From positions 64,001 through 128,000 of the IMG/VR virus record IMGVR_UViG_3300027754_000045: a stretch of 64,000 bases of DNA, one strand, 5' to 3'. A model generated the notes under the pieces. It saw only the letters and a program-made list of their open reading frames with translations, ran no database searches and had not been told where the DNA came from. The position numbers and the translations under genes were made by a program. Positions 31,601 to 39,626 of the stretch are shown one piece after another. The stretch is from a virus. Each line of letters starts with the position of its first letter. Position 1 is the first letter of the stretch.

Positions 31601-33194
31601 TACTGCTCCTAGTCGCCATTACGCAATTAATATTTTGTTAGGACTATCTGGTGGAGCGTTTCACGACGAGAAAAACCTTACTCTTAATACCACTATTGAT
31701 GCGGCAGTTAAAAAGAGAGATAACTTTACTATATTATTTCAAGAGGACGTTACAGTACAACAAGAAAATAAATTTAATGCACTAGGAGCAAAGAAATATT
31801 ACATAAACTCTAGAGGACTTTCTGCAGGTAGTTGGAATTTATCCCAATCAAACATAGATGCAGCTGTTGCATATTTAAAAGGAGATCTTAATGAACAAGG
31901 AAGTATGGTATTTGGTAGAGGCATAACTGCAACCAGTAAATCTTTTATATTTTTAGATTTTGAATCAACGTATGATCCTATGACTAAATCAGGAGGACCT
32001 ACTGTAGATGTCATGTTAGTTGATGGTCATACAGGACCAAATGGTTTTACAGGACCAGACGATCTTAGTTTTGATCAAACTTTACTAGATGGTCGAATAT
32101 TTGGTCAAACCTGTGCAAATAAATATTTTTATGAATGGATTGAAGGTGGAACGTCAAATAACGGCACAACATTCCACGGATTACGACATTATTTTCCAGG
32201 ATGCAGTTTTGGTAATTACGGACCACATTGGTGGTGGGGAAATAGCCAATGGTTTGGAAAAACTGATGCACAAATTGACGCACAACTAGAAATAGCCGCA
32301 AATACTCTTGTGGCTGGTTGTTCTGCTGCTTTTAAGGCATTTGATATATTTTCTCCTAGTGTTTATTCTAATGTTAATACCAGAAAATTAACCAGATGGA
32401 ATAATGCACAAAATGTAAGATTGTATAAAAAAATTAATACAATAATGGGTACCAATAAACCAATTATGCCTTGGGTTACTCCAACGTATTGGCATAATGG
32501 TACTGGTACTCCTTATACCACAGGCAACGCACCAGATGGTTATACAGGTTTCGAAGCTCAATATACTCCACCATGGACAATACTTCTAGATACTGACATT
32601 GTTTATGAAAATGCAGAACCTCTGATAGCCGAAGGAGCCGATGGAGTAATGATTTGGGGTAGTCCAGAATATAGAAGCATTCAAATACTTGGTCGTCCTG
32701 GTTGTTCGGATTGTAGTGAATTTTCGTTAATTGGTTTCGAGGGACGTACTGCGCAAGCTGTTGACGGAAAATATCAACAATGGCCATTAGATAAAGCAAC
32801 AACTCCAGGTGCAAGTCCTACTGGAATAACATTAAACGAATGGTCTTTCTTTACAGGTCAACGCCAAGCAATTTCTGCTCACGAGAACTATATAAAAGGC
32901 AGAGATATGGGTGTTACTGGTAATCGTTGGTGGTGGAAAGAAATTTCAGGTTCTACAGCGTATACACCACCAGAATGGGGAAATTTAAACACCAATCTTC
33001 AATGGAATGATGCAAATATTACTACTGGTACTACTGGTGCAGAAATAATTACAAGAACCTATAGAGATACTTTTTATAATATGGCAAAAGTAATTAAAGA
33101 ATCATACGGAACAAAAGATCAATGGATCTCTGGAATGACTGGACCAATTAAAGGTCTTACTGGTAACAGAAGAGTTAATGGAGTACAACAATAA
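25653..33194 (+). CDS. Giant virion protein: 10 IPT/TIG repeats + heparinase II/III-like lyase region + GH56-like barrel
   Basis: PTITSIxPxSG..GGT repeats; GYWTEGWGY, DCGHISAYLGDAALLIETG, GHNVMQLG; FIFLDFE, FSPSVY, GADGVMIWGS. Confidence 0.75.
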   Translation: MKLKIRELLNKVLFFNKPQENITKLKIIEQVKFNTVSVNTDFFANDFFNFLPTITSIAPTSGLVAGGTSFTITGTNLTGTSSVTVGGVAATSVAVVSGTSVTAVTPAGTAGVKSVVLTTPGGTATASSAFTYIGVPTITTINPSTGVLAGGTPFTIGGTNLLNTSSVTVGGVAATSVTIVSSTSVTAVTPVGTAGVKNIVLTTPGGTVTFSSAFEYTDIAVFPTITIIAPISGVLAGGTTFGITGTNLSDTSSVTIGGVTATSLTNVSSVFVTARTPAGATIGLKNIALTTPIGTAISANAFTYIGLPTITSIAPTSGVLAGGTTFGITGTNLSNTSSVTVGGVTATSLTNVSDTSVTARTPAGVTTGLKNITLITPGGTTTAPNAFTYIGLPTITEITPNSGPVSTETTVNIDGTNLSGTSSVTVGGVAATNLNIFSPFSVGCDFPVGTIGAKNVVLTTPGGITTALNAFTYIGVPTITSISPTSGVVAGGTTITITGTNLSDTTIVTIDGVEVTSFTNVSSTSVTVVTPAGATIGAKNIVLTNFGGTVTAPNVFTYIGLPTITSIAPASGVLAGGTTLGITGTNLSGTSSVTVGGVTATSLTNVSSVFVTARTPTGAIIGVKNIVLTTPGGITTALNAFTYIGVPTITTINPNTGILAGGTSFTIAGTNLSNTSSVTVGGVAATNVTTLSGTSVTAVTPAGSAGLKNIVLTNPGGTVTASNAFEYTDITIIPTITSISPTSGVLAGGTTLGITGTNLSNTTSVKVDGVTATSLTNVSSVFVTAVTPAGATIGLKNITLNTTLGGVTSVNAFTYIGLPTITSIAPISGVLTGGTTFGITGTNLSDTSSVTVGGVTATSLTNVSSVFVTAVTPAGATTGAKNIVLTTPGGITTALNAFTYTDFNLDFARIQVLADTRISDLWVLDTTKAKPVGVVAGKFYAQSGIDRSQGGYTSAPNGRLTKWAQPLFYTPRSMADVIKGTTAISGLCASLTYNKFGILKNLNYFYGGQTSGSEGSVNMSRLLRLKEGITGGKNVIKRPYSFNDIKTFGLSAGHTLFGNINSDKTVTAVAIAYNNPNSWSLKRNMLLSSLSQIDEWQSYRVLNYLTPLAISWRFQKEIRQNSIGFSNNVSQISESELNAVNTDTLNHLKILLDEYKDHYPLARPNNGVNNTLGSNQTWRGEATSGYPMGLCGSFGVRTSPYPLGATLDFIPALGVNGTTLDTWSPQGWTADTGMYLFDGWGMRYILENMIYLDGVTSVIEPVTTTTQLKADSSWNNILIEVKKLMLKEIFDYVIHTEEGRAWYAKRKYWPDGSERDSLIYADSNPNRIWTEQATGLTGIKYYYNHYFNGTGYWYPEPDNKGYVGTNQNITPMAYRMLATMYLYPYMTLDKERTALLSAYNMMAEECASVLERFLMGVTSSQENSAGYWTEGWGYAAQSMPDFLKILTSMKTMGDRRLWDKKSTPDYFNKTIPGISYSSWTNNTWKWIVSRIMPNNLIINSGSCNSSGWETIGNSYQFTPWGVYLTAVNASESPTPGTTGSAISELHDWFDNNAGYEEEIEYFYNVRKYQERNTYNEKINTPWFYSPGDCIVTWKSEHVIPKFQSDWTYGNNTERPDGKPGYVVNNFNKPLIFGLWAKGVGVSDEKTNVDCGHISAYLGDAALLIETGEPRQLLEFDNDKTNNYFYERETFRVKGHNVMQLGERLDYKNPKYAPWTGVTFTATGGSAFLNATSNYNVRPLKISTPQPLGDNRPNPKDGGFPTWAESDPAWDNVSDGFLYLAGTTQIANTRGGDTAQYLAQSSNILGGSETIDGRAGQYVFEPYQYQIKTCTRGITWEYSAGVAKIRIQDIVGISAFNNNPSFWSATGPYATGPDTRVYYRFHTGYTGANDIAGNPSSTSWPFFTTTDAGLTFFSVSGTNNKTWQAAWTQPIPYNTMAYDGVVSRLDSVGVTMTFVGSQPIKLTKELSVNHSFKYSSVTKPGIGITAPSRHYAINILLGLSGGAFHDEKNLTLNTTIDAAVKKRDNFTILFQEDVTVQQENKFNALGAKKYYINSRGLSAGSWNLSQSNIDAAVAYLKGDLNEQGSMVFGRGITATSKSFIFLDFESTYDPMTKSGGPTVDVMLVDGHTGPNGFTGPDDLSFDQTLLDGRIFGQTCANKYFYEWIEGGTSNNGTTFHGLRHYFPGCSFGNYGPHWWWGNSQWFGKTDAQIDAQLEIAANTLVAGCSAAFKAFDIFSPSVYSNVNTRKLTRWNNAQNVRLYKKINTIMGTNKPIMPWVTPTYWHNGTGTPYTTGNAPDGYTGFEAQYTPPWTILLDTDIVYENAEPLIAEGADGVMIWGSPEYRSIQILGRPGCSDCSEFSLIGFEGRTAQAVDGKYQQWPLDKATTPGASPTGITLNEWSFFTGQRQAISAHENYIKGRDMGVTGNRWWWKEISGSTAYTPPEWGNLNTNLQWNDANITTGTTGAEIITRTYRDTFYNMAKVIKESYGTKDQWISGMTGPIKGLTGNRRVNGVQQ
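25806..28355 (+). repeat. Ten tandem ~250-nt IPT/TIG domain repeats
   Basis: Units begin cctacaataaca (PTIT) and end (A/V)F(T/E)Y; high nucleotide similarity between units. Confidence 0.92.
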
Positions 33195-33195
33195 T

Positions 33196-33438
33196 ATGAA
33201 AGTTAAAATAAAAGAAAAATATGAAAATATATCATTTATTAATATAACTAATGTATATAATTATTCTATACTAAAAATAACAGATAAATCTAAATATATT
33301 GTTTTAATTTCTGAAATAAAAGAACCTGTATTTTTTGAAGGAGAACCAGAGGCTAATTTTATTCCAGATATTCCAGGAGGACGAGAGGATACTGATAATG
33401 CATTTACAGACGCACCTTTTCCTGCAATATTATTATAA
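33196..33438 (+). CDS. Small hypothetical protein
   Basis: MKVKIKE...LKI resembles the N-terminus of the 2513-aa protein. Confidence 0.55.
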   Translation: MKVKIKEKYENISFINITNVYNYSILKITDKSKYIVLISEIKEPVFFEGEPEANFIPDIPGGREDTDNAFTDAPFPAILL

Positions 33439-33441
33439 ATA
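33434..33441 (+). promoter_or_regulatory. Late promoter TATAAATA
   Basis: Exact consensus 4 nt before ATG 33446. Confidence 0.7.
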
Positions 33442-33445
33442 TTAA

Positions 33446-34711
33446 ATGAAACGTTTTTATAATTATTTTCAGTCTACTGAAACTCCTCCAGGATATGTGG
33501 AAGGACAGTATTCTTACGGATCTAGTTTTGTACTGAGTGAATCTTGGCATGATTACGCTCAAGGATCCGAATTTACTCTAACAGACAATGATGTTCCTGA
33601 TCGTGTTTATCGCCACGGAGTCGGTGTGGCTGCAGGACAGTTTCGTGACAGCAAAGGAAACGTGGTAGCGGTTACAGGAAACAGAAACGAATTACATAAT
33701 TTGTTTCAGTATCGCCCTCAAGAACAAACCCAATACCCAGAACCACAAACCAGAATAGAACGAGAGATTGTTCGAGAAACTGGTATTCCTGGACCCAAAG
33801 GAGAGAAGGGTGAAGACGGATGGGCTGGTCCCCAAGGAGAGCGAGGTCCTCGTGGAGATGATGGCCTTCAGGGTGTTCGGGGTCTACAGGGCATTCAGGG
33901 AGATCAGGGTCCTCAAGGGCTAGGCGGAGAACAGGGTGATATTGGTCCTCAAGGAATACAAGGCGACCAGGGTTCTCAAGGAATACAAGGACCACAGGGT
34001 GTTCAGGGAGATCAGGGTCCTCAGGGGCTGGGAGGAGAACAGGGTGCTATTGGACCTCAAGGCGAACAGGGTACACAGGGAGAACGGGGTATTCCAGGCA
34101 TTCAGGGCAAGGACGGCTCACAGGGCATTCAGGGGCTTCCTGGAGCCTCTGGCAAGGATGGTAAGGACGGCAAAACAGGTAAATCTGGACCTCGTGGAGC
34201 CCAAGGAACTCAAGGCAAGGCAGGTCCAAAAGGTGATCAGGGAGTAAAGGGAGATCAGGGTCCGATTGGTCCAGAAGGTGCTCAAGGAGCCATAGGAGAA
34301 TCGCCAATATTAACTGCCCAGTATCCTTTGGTATTAGAGGATAATGAACTAACCTTTGATCCCAAGAAAATACAAGAATTTTTATCTGGTTTAATTAAGA
34401 GCAAAAGTGACGCTGATCGAGTCTCCCATAACATGGGACTGATGGCTAGTTCTGGTGGTGGTGCAGTCGGCATCTATAAGGATAAAGCCAGAATTATTAA
34501 ATCAGTAAATGATATTAATTTTATTGGTAATAATATTGTGGTAACTCGCAAAGGCAAACAAGTTGATGTGAGTGTTACTGGAGGAGCAGCAGGAGGAGCA
34601 TTCTACGAATCCGCTACTAGTCCTATAGCTACTTTAATAGACGGAGATCGTTGGTGGAATACTAATACAGGTAGACTATATACTTGGATTGGAATTTGGG
34701 TTGAAATTTAA
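33446..34711 (+). CDS. Collagen-like fibre protein
   Basis: 58 uninterrupted Gly-X-Y triplets; C-terminal GDRWWNTNTGRLY...WVEI module. Confidence 0.85.
   Translation: MKRFYNYFQSTETPPGYVEGQYSYGSSFVLSESWHDYAQGSEFTLTDNDVPDRVYRHGVGVAAGQFRDSKGNVVAVTGNRNELHNLFQYRPQEQTQYPEPQTRIEREIVRETGIPGPKGEKGEDGWAGPQGERGPRGDDGLQGVRGLQGIQGDQGPQGLGGEQGDIGPQGIQGDQGSQGIQGPQGVQGDQGPQGLGGEQGAIGPQGEQGTQGERGIPGIQGKDGSQGIQGLPGASGKDGKDGKTGKSGPRGAQGTQGKAGPKGDQGVKGDQGPIGPEGAQGAIGESPILTAQYPLVLEDNELTFDPKKIQEFLSGLIKSKSDADRVSHNMGLMASSGGGAVGIYKDKARIIKSVNDINFIGNNIVVTRKGKQVDVSVTGGAAGGAFYESATSPIATLIDGDRWWNTNTGRLYTWIGIWVEI
33782..34303 (+). repeat. Gly-X-Y collagen repeat with internal duplication
   Basis: GDQGPQGLGGEQG(D/A)IGPQG occurs twice; locally GC-rich. 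Confidence 0.9.
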
Positions 34712-34713
34712 CT

Positions 34714-34721
34714 TATAAATA
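34714..34721 (+). promoter_or_regulatory. Late promoter TATAAATA
   Basis: Exact consensus 5 nt before ATG 34727. Confidence 0.7.
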
Positions 34722-34726
34722 CTGTA

Positions 34727-37700
34727 ATGCCAATAGAATTTACTCCTAATCCTAACGAAGGCGACCTCTACAACTACCTTGATTCAACGTGGTTTTGGAA
34801 CGGTGTTGCTTGGGATAAGGTAGATGCCACGATTACTGCGGGTGGTGCAAATGTATTCACCGCACTCAACAGATTCAGTGCAGGTATCTCTGCTTCGGGT
34901 GCAACATTCTCAGGAAACATCTCAGCACCATGTTTCAAAACCTTCACATCGGGAGTTAATGTTGATTTGAATCTGAATGTACAAGATTTGGTTGGTCTTG
35001 AAGGCGCAAAGATATCCTTTTATGGAGTAGACAGTGGTGATCCTGGTGCTACAGGGTATGGAGTTGTATTTGGTGCAAACGGAACATCGGCTATTCCATT
35101 TAGAATAACTGATTATATTGATGGCACTAATTATTTTCAGATTGATGCTAACAAAATCATTACAATAGGAGATGTTGATGGTGTTTATGGTGGCACTAAT
35201 TTATCAATAAATAATACGACTCAAACTATCGCCGTTACTGGTAGACTGACTGCATCGGGTGCAACATTCTCAGGAAATATCTCTGCACCAAACATTGTAA
35301 ACTCATGGAATGGTGCAACAGGTGCAGTGACATTCACCAACTATGTGACATCATTCAACGGCAAGACAGGTGCGGTGAGTGGTGCATCTCTTGGCGCAAA
35401 CACATTCACTGGACTCAACACATTCAATGCGGGTATTGGTGCATCAGGTGCTTCTTTTACTGGAACTGTTACTGTTCCTACACCAACCAATCTTACAGAT
35501 GCAGCAAATAAAAGTTATGTGGATTCTCTAGCATCAGGAATTAATTGGCATCAAGCAGTAACTGCATTGAGTGATGTTCAATCTGCAAGCACATATGTTG
35601 CAGGAACTGTGGGTTATGATGGAGGAACAGGTGTTGGTGCGTATATTGAAGCAAACGCAAACGGAGCATTGACTGCTGTGGATAGTGTGAATGTTGTAGT
35701 TGGCAATCGTCTTTTAATGATAGGCAGAACAAATACAATAGAAAATGGAATCTACACAATTACAAGTGTAGGTAGTGTTGGAACTAAATGGAGAATTACT
35801 CGTGCCACCGATATGGATGGTCATGATGCTGCATCTGCAATTATTGCAGGTGATGCTGTGTATGTTACAAGCGGAACAGATCATGGTGGATTGGCATGGA
35901 TTGAAACAGGCACAGGCACAGGCACAGGCGGTATTCACATCATTGGAACTGATGGAATTGTATGGACACAATTCACAGGAACAGCAACATTCACTGCGGG
36001 TGCGGGTCTCACCGCAAACGGCAGAATCATTGATGTGAATGTGGACAACTCAACCGTTGAAATTTCATCTGATATATTGCGAGTAAAAGACAGCGGAATA
36101 ACAAACGCAAAACTTGCAAACTCTAATATCACAGTCACTGCAGGAAACGGACTAGCAGGTGGCGGTTCGGTGGCATTAGGCAGTAGTGTGACCTTGACCA
36201 ACGCAGGAGTCACTGCTGCTGTGGCAGGAACAGGTATTTCGGTTAGTGGAGCCACTGGTTCTGTTACAATTACGAACACAGGCGTTCAATCATTCAACGG
36301 CAGGACAGGTGCGGTTCAAGGCGTGTCTGCTGCTGTGGCAGGAACAGGGATTTCTATCTCTGGTGCAACAGGCTCGGTTACAATTACAAACACAGGCGTT
36401 CAATCATTCAACGGTCTTACAGGTGCGGTGACAGGAGTAGCATCCGTGAACGGCAGCACAGGCGCAGTGGTTACCTATGTGGGAACAACAGGCAATATTC
36501 CTTACCGATACGGCGCAGGAGTTGGAATCACTGCAAACAGTTACTTTACTCTACAGAATACTGATATTGGTATGCCCACAGACATATTGATTCTTTCTGG
36601 TGCAACAACTGATGGTATAGAATATAGTATAGCATATGGAAACCAAGAAGCGATGGGACTAGAATTTCATCGAGCATATGCTGGACTAGGACTAGACGAA
36701 AGCGGTGGAGCCGCCATTGTGGCAAAGGGTATCTTTAATGATGGTGGTCCATTTAACTATGGAAGTAGTTTGTGGTTAGTGACTCCTTCTATTGGTGGTG
36801 GTACAATACGCCTTGCTCCTCAAGGATATGAAGTTGTTCAGGTTAGTGCGGGTAATATGAATATTAATGGATCATTAACCACCTCCTCAACAGCAACTAT
36901 CGCAGACACACTCACGGTAAGCAGTGGTGGTGGTGGTGCAGTGTTGGAGTGGGACGGCAGTCTACCTATACCAACAGTTCTCACTGTTTACGACAGCGGA
37001 ACCCCAGCAAACACCTTGACCTTGAAAGGTGATGGCACATTCTCCCAACTTACCACAAGCGGAACAATTAGTGGTGCAACAGGCGCATTCTCAAAACTGT
37101 TGACTTTGAGTGGCGGTCTTTCTGCTTCTGGCGCAACATTCGCTGGCGATATAGCCGTGAACGGTGTTCTTATTGGTCGTGGTGCAGGCAGTGTGACAAC
37201 AAATACGGTTCTTGGCGCAGGTGCTGGAGCAGCCAATACGACTGGAGCAAACAATATTTTTGTGGGATCTGCAGCAGGTGATGCGGTCACGACAGGCGCA
37301 AGAAATATTGCGATTGGATCTGATGCATTGGGTGCAGGTGTCACAACTGATTCTTGCGTTGCGATTGGATACAATGCTCTTCTGTTAAACAGAGGCAATT
37401 ATAATATTGCTATTGGTGATTCTGCATTAGATGCAAGCACCACGGGGTTTAGTAATCTTGCTATTGGAAATGATGCTTTGGGCTCATTAAACTCTGGTTC
37501 GTACAACATGTCACTTGGTTCTTCTTTACGAGCAGTAACAACTGGTCAAAATAATGTTGCAGTAGGACAATCAGCAGCAGTAACTATAACAACTGGAGTT
37601 AACAACATTGCCATTGGAACATTTGCTTTATATCAAGCAAATACATCTTCGAGTAGTAATACTGCAATCGGAAATCAAGCAGGCGGCGCAGCAAATGCTT

Positions 37701-38149
37701 CTGCAACCGTTCAAAATAATAATACATTTATTGGTGCGTCATCAGCACGAAGCATTACAACAGGCAGTCAGAATGTTGGAATCGGAATGGAATCAATTTA
37801 CGGTATTACTGGTTCTTCTAACAACACAGCACTTGGATATCAGGCTGGCAGATACACAGCCAATGGCACAACCGAACTGACCGTAACTGCTAACTCTCTA
37901 TATCTTGGATACGGAGTTCGTGGATCTACTAATTCTGTAACCAACGAAACGGCTATTGGTTATCAAGCCGTTGGTCTTGGATCCAACACCACGGTGATTG
38001 GAAACTCTAGCACAACAGCCACCACGATCTACGGAGTCTTGAATGCTCCTGGTGGTATCTCATTGTCTGCTGGTATCACATTCACAGACGGAACATATCA
38101 AACATCAAAAACACCAGACTTTTTACTTTTCAGTATGGGAATCATCTAA
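34727..38149 (+). CDS. Tail fibre / receptor-binding protein
   Basis: DAANKSYVD, ENGIYT...WRITRATDMD, VxSFNGxTGAV repeats, C-terminal NxAIGxxAL beta-roll repeats of trimeric adhesin type. Confidence 0.85.
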   Translation: MPIEFTPNPNEGDLYNYLDSTWFWNGVAWDKVDATITAGGANVFTALNRFSAGISASGATFSGNISAPCFKTFTSGVNVDLNLNVQDLVGLEGAKISFYGVDSGDPGATGYGVVFGANGTSAIPFRITDYIDGTNYFQIDANKIITIGDVDGVYGGTNLSINNTTQTIAVTGRLTASGATFSGNISAPNIVNSWNGATGAVTFTNYVTSFNGKTGAVSGASLGANTFTGLNTFNAGIGASGASFTGTVTVPTPTNLTDAANKSYVDSLASGINWHQAVTALSDVQSASTYVAGTVGYDGGTGVGAYIEANANGALTAVDSVNVVVGNRLLMIGRTNTIENGIYTITSVGSVGTKWRITRATDMDGHDAASAIIAGDAVYVTSGTDHGGLAWIETGTGTGTGGIHIIGTDGIVWTQFTGTATFTAGAGLTANGRIIDVNVDNSTVEISSDILRVKDSGITNAKLANSNITVTAGNGLAGGGSVALGSSVTLTNAGVTAAVAGTGISVSGATGSVTITNTGVQSFNGRTGAVQGVSAAVAGTGISISGATGSVTITNTGVQSFNGLTGAVTGVASVNGSTGAVVTYVGTTGNIPYRYGAGVGITANSYFTLQNTDIGMPTDILILSGATTDGIEYSIAYGNQEAMGLEFHRAYAGLGLDESGGAAIVAKGIFNDGGPFNYGSSLWLVTPSIGGGTIRLAPQGYEVVQVSAGNMNINGSLTTSSTATIADTLTVSSGGGGAVLEWDGSLPIPTVLTVYDSGTPANTLTLKGDGTFSQLTTSGTISGATGAFSKLLTLSGGLSASGATFAGDIAVNGVLIGRGAGSVTTNTVLGAGAGAANTTGANNIFVGSAAGDAVTTGARNIAIGSDALGAGVTTDSCVAIGYNALLLNRGNYNIAIGDSALDASTTGFSNLAIGNDALGSLNSGSYNMSLGSSLRAVTTGQNNVAVGQSAAVTITTGVNNIAIGTFALYQANTSSSSNTAIGNQAGGAANASATVQNNNTFIGASSARSITTGSQNVGIGMESIYGITGSSNNTALGYQAGRYTANGTTELTVTANSLYLGYGVRGSTNSVTNETAIGYQAVGLGSNTTVIGNSSTTATTIYGVLNAPGGISLSAGITFTDGTYQTSKTPDFLLFSMGII
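36213..36430 (+). repeat. 114-nt tandem duplication in tail fibre
   Basis: ctgctgctgtggcaggaacagg at 36213 and 36327; AAVAGTGISxSGATGSVTITNTGVQSFNGxTGAV twice. Confidence 0.88.
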
Positions 38150-38173
38150 TAAATACAATAGGAGAATAACAAA

Positions 38174-38602
38174 ATGGCAACTTCAGCACAATATGTCACA
38201 ACACCAGTTTTAGAAATCATGCAGGGTATAACCGCAGACACATCCAGAACTGCACCTACTGCAGCAAACACTTACTTGGTTTGTCAGGGTCCAGCAACCG
38301 CTTCGGGTTCAGGTGTTGGAAAACGAATCACAAGAGTCACTGTTTCTGCCACAGGAACCACCACTGCAGGCGTTATTCGGTTTTGGATCAGTGTGGACAC
38401 AGGAACAACAAAGCGATTAATTCTAGAAAAAATTGTTGCCGCCAATACTCCAAGTACAAGCAATCCCGTTGTTCGTTTTGATGTACCTGAATTGGTTGGT
38501 CTTGTGCTTCCAGGAACAGTTGCTTCGGCGGTGACAAGTCTTTACGCAACCACAAACAACACAGAAACATTCAACTTTTTAGTTGAAAGTGGAACTCTAT
38601 GA
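38174..38602 (+). CDS. Fibre-associated virion protein
   Basis: AGGAG RBS and AATAAATA upstream; beta-rich T/A/G composition; follows the fibre gene. Confidence 0.55.
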   Translation: MATSAQYVTTPVLEIMQGITADTSRTAPTAANTYLVCQGPATASGSGVGKRITRVTVSATGTTTAGVIRFWISVDTGTTKRLILEKIVAANTPSTSNPVVRFDVPELVGLVLPGTVASAVTSLYATTNNTETFNFLVESGTL

Positions 38603-39273
38603 ATCAAGGTATATTTGGATTACCTCCAAACAATAAGATTGGTTACGATACTCCCGCTCTTTTGCATCCGTTAGCATATGTGGATGTTATGAATAGTTCT
38701 GCAAATGGAACAAGTCAGACTCTTTATTATATGCCGTATGGGTTTCAAGCAACAGGATCCACAGTAACTATTGCTGCAAATACCCTATATTTCAATGCAT
38801 TTTGGATTGGTAAACCTGCCGTTGTAAAATATATTTCAATACGAAGTGCTGTCCCAACCGTCGCAGGTAACTTAAAATTTTCTTTTTATGATTCCGAGTC
38901 TACCACAGGACTACCAAACAAATTATTATTTTCCTCTGTTAGCGTTGCTCGTGCTGCTGGTTACGGATACACCACAGTATATACTGCTCATGTGTTAAAA
39001 ATAGATAAGCCTGGATTTTATTGGACAGGTATTGTTTTTGATGCAGCAATAGATAATTTGGAAAGATTCAGTGGAAGTGGAGCAAATCCATTCCCTTCAT
39101 CAGGAACACTTGGAAATTATCAAGGCTACGGAGTGTCTACTCCTCTAACATTTGGTGATCCTCCATCTTCTTGCGAAGGAGTAAAATTTAGTTTATTAGA
39201 TAGTGGCTCAACACCATTGACTCAATTAGTCATGACCTCACAACTTCAAAATATCACAGTTCTGAAAGGATAA
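38599..39273 (+). CDS. Hypothetical virion protein
   Basis: Coupled (ATGA) to previous gene; beta-rich. Confidence 0.5.
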   Translation: MNQGIFGLPPNNKIGYDTPALLHPLAYVDVMNSSANGTSQTLYYMPYGFQATGSTVTIAANTLYFNAFWIGKPAVVKYISIRSAVPTVAGNLKFSFYDSESTTGLPNKLLFSSVSVARAAGYGYTTVYTAHVLKIDKPGFYWTGIVFDAAIDNLERFSGSGANPFPSSGTLGNYQGYGVSTPLTFGDPPSSCEGVKFSLLDSGSTPLTQLVMTSQLQNITVLKG

Positions 39274-39276
39274 TAT

Positions 39277-39609
39277 ATGAAATTTTCCACACAACACATT
39301 TATTATCCTGACGGAACTCTAGAAATCATTGATGATCGTGTTTTTGAAGACTGCAAAACATTTCATCTGGAACGAATCAAAAAATCAGCCACGGAGCGAA
39401 TACTTGAATTGGCACCTGAATATAAACAAAGAAACGCCGCTCTTGGTTTACTAACGCAAGGAGAAACAGATGCCATAAAGTCCACAATTCAAACCATAAG
39501 GAATGCTGTAAACTCTGCAGAACAACAGATTCTTTCCGTGGTTTGGAATGGCACAGAACAAACTCGTGCTGCCGCCTGTGACGCTGTGCAGGCAGTTCGT
39601 TGCGAATAA
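39277..39609 (+). CDS. Putative tail-fibre chaperone-like protein
   Basis: ERILELAPEYKQRNAALG...IRNAVN..E; position at the end of the fibre cassette. Confidence 0.45.
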   Translation: MKFSTQHIYYPDGTLEIIDDRVFEDCKTFHLERIKKSATERILELAPEYKQRNAALGLLTQGETDAIKSTIQTIRNAVNSAEQQILSVVWNGTEQTRAAACDAVQAVRCE

Positions 39610-39626
39610 GTCTCCTATATACTACC

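Noticed and set aside
33672-34473. Alternative-frame ORFs over the collagen region
   Set aside because: By-product of the GC-rich Gly-X-Y periodicity
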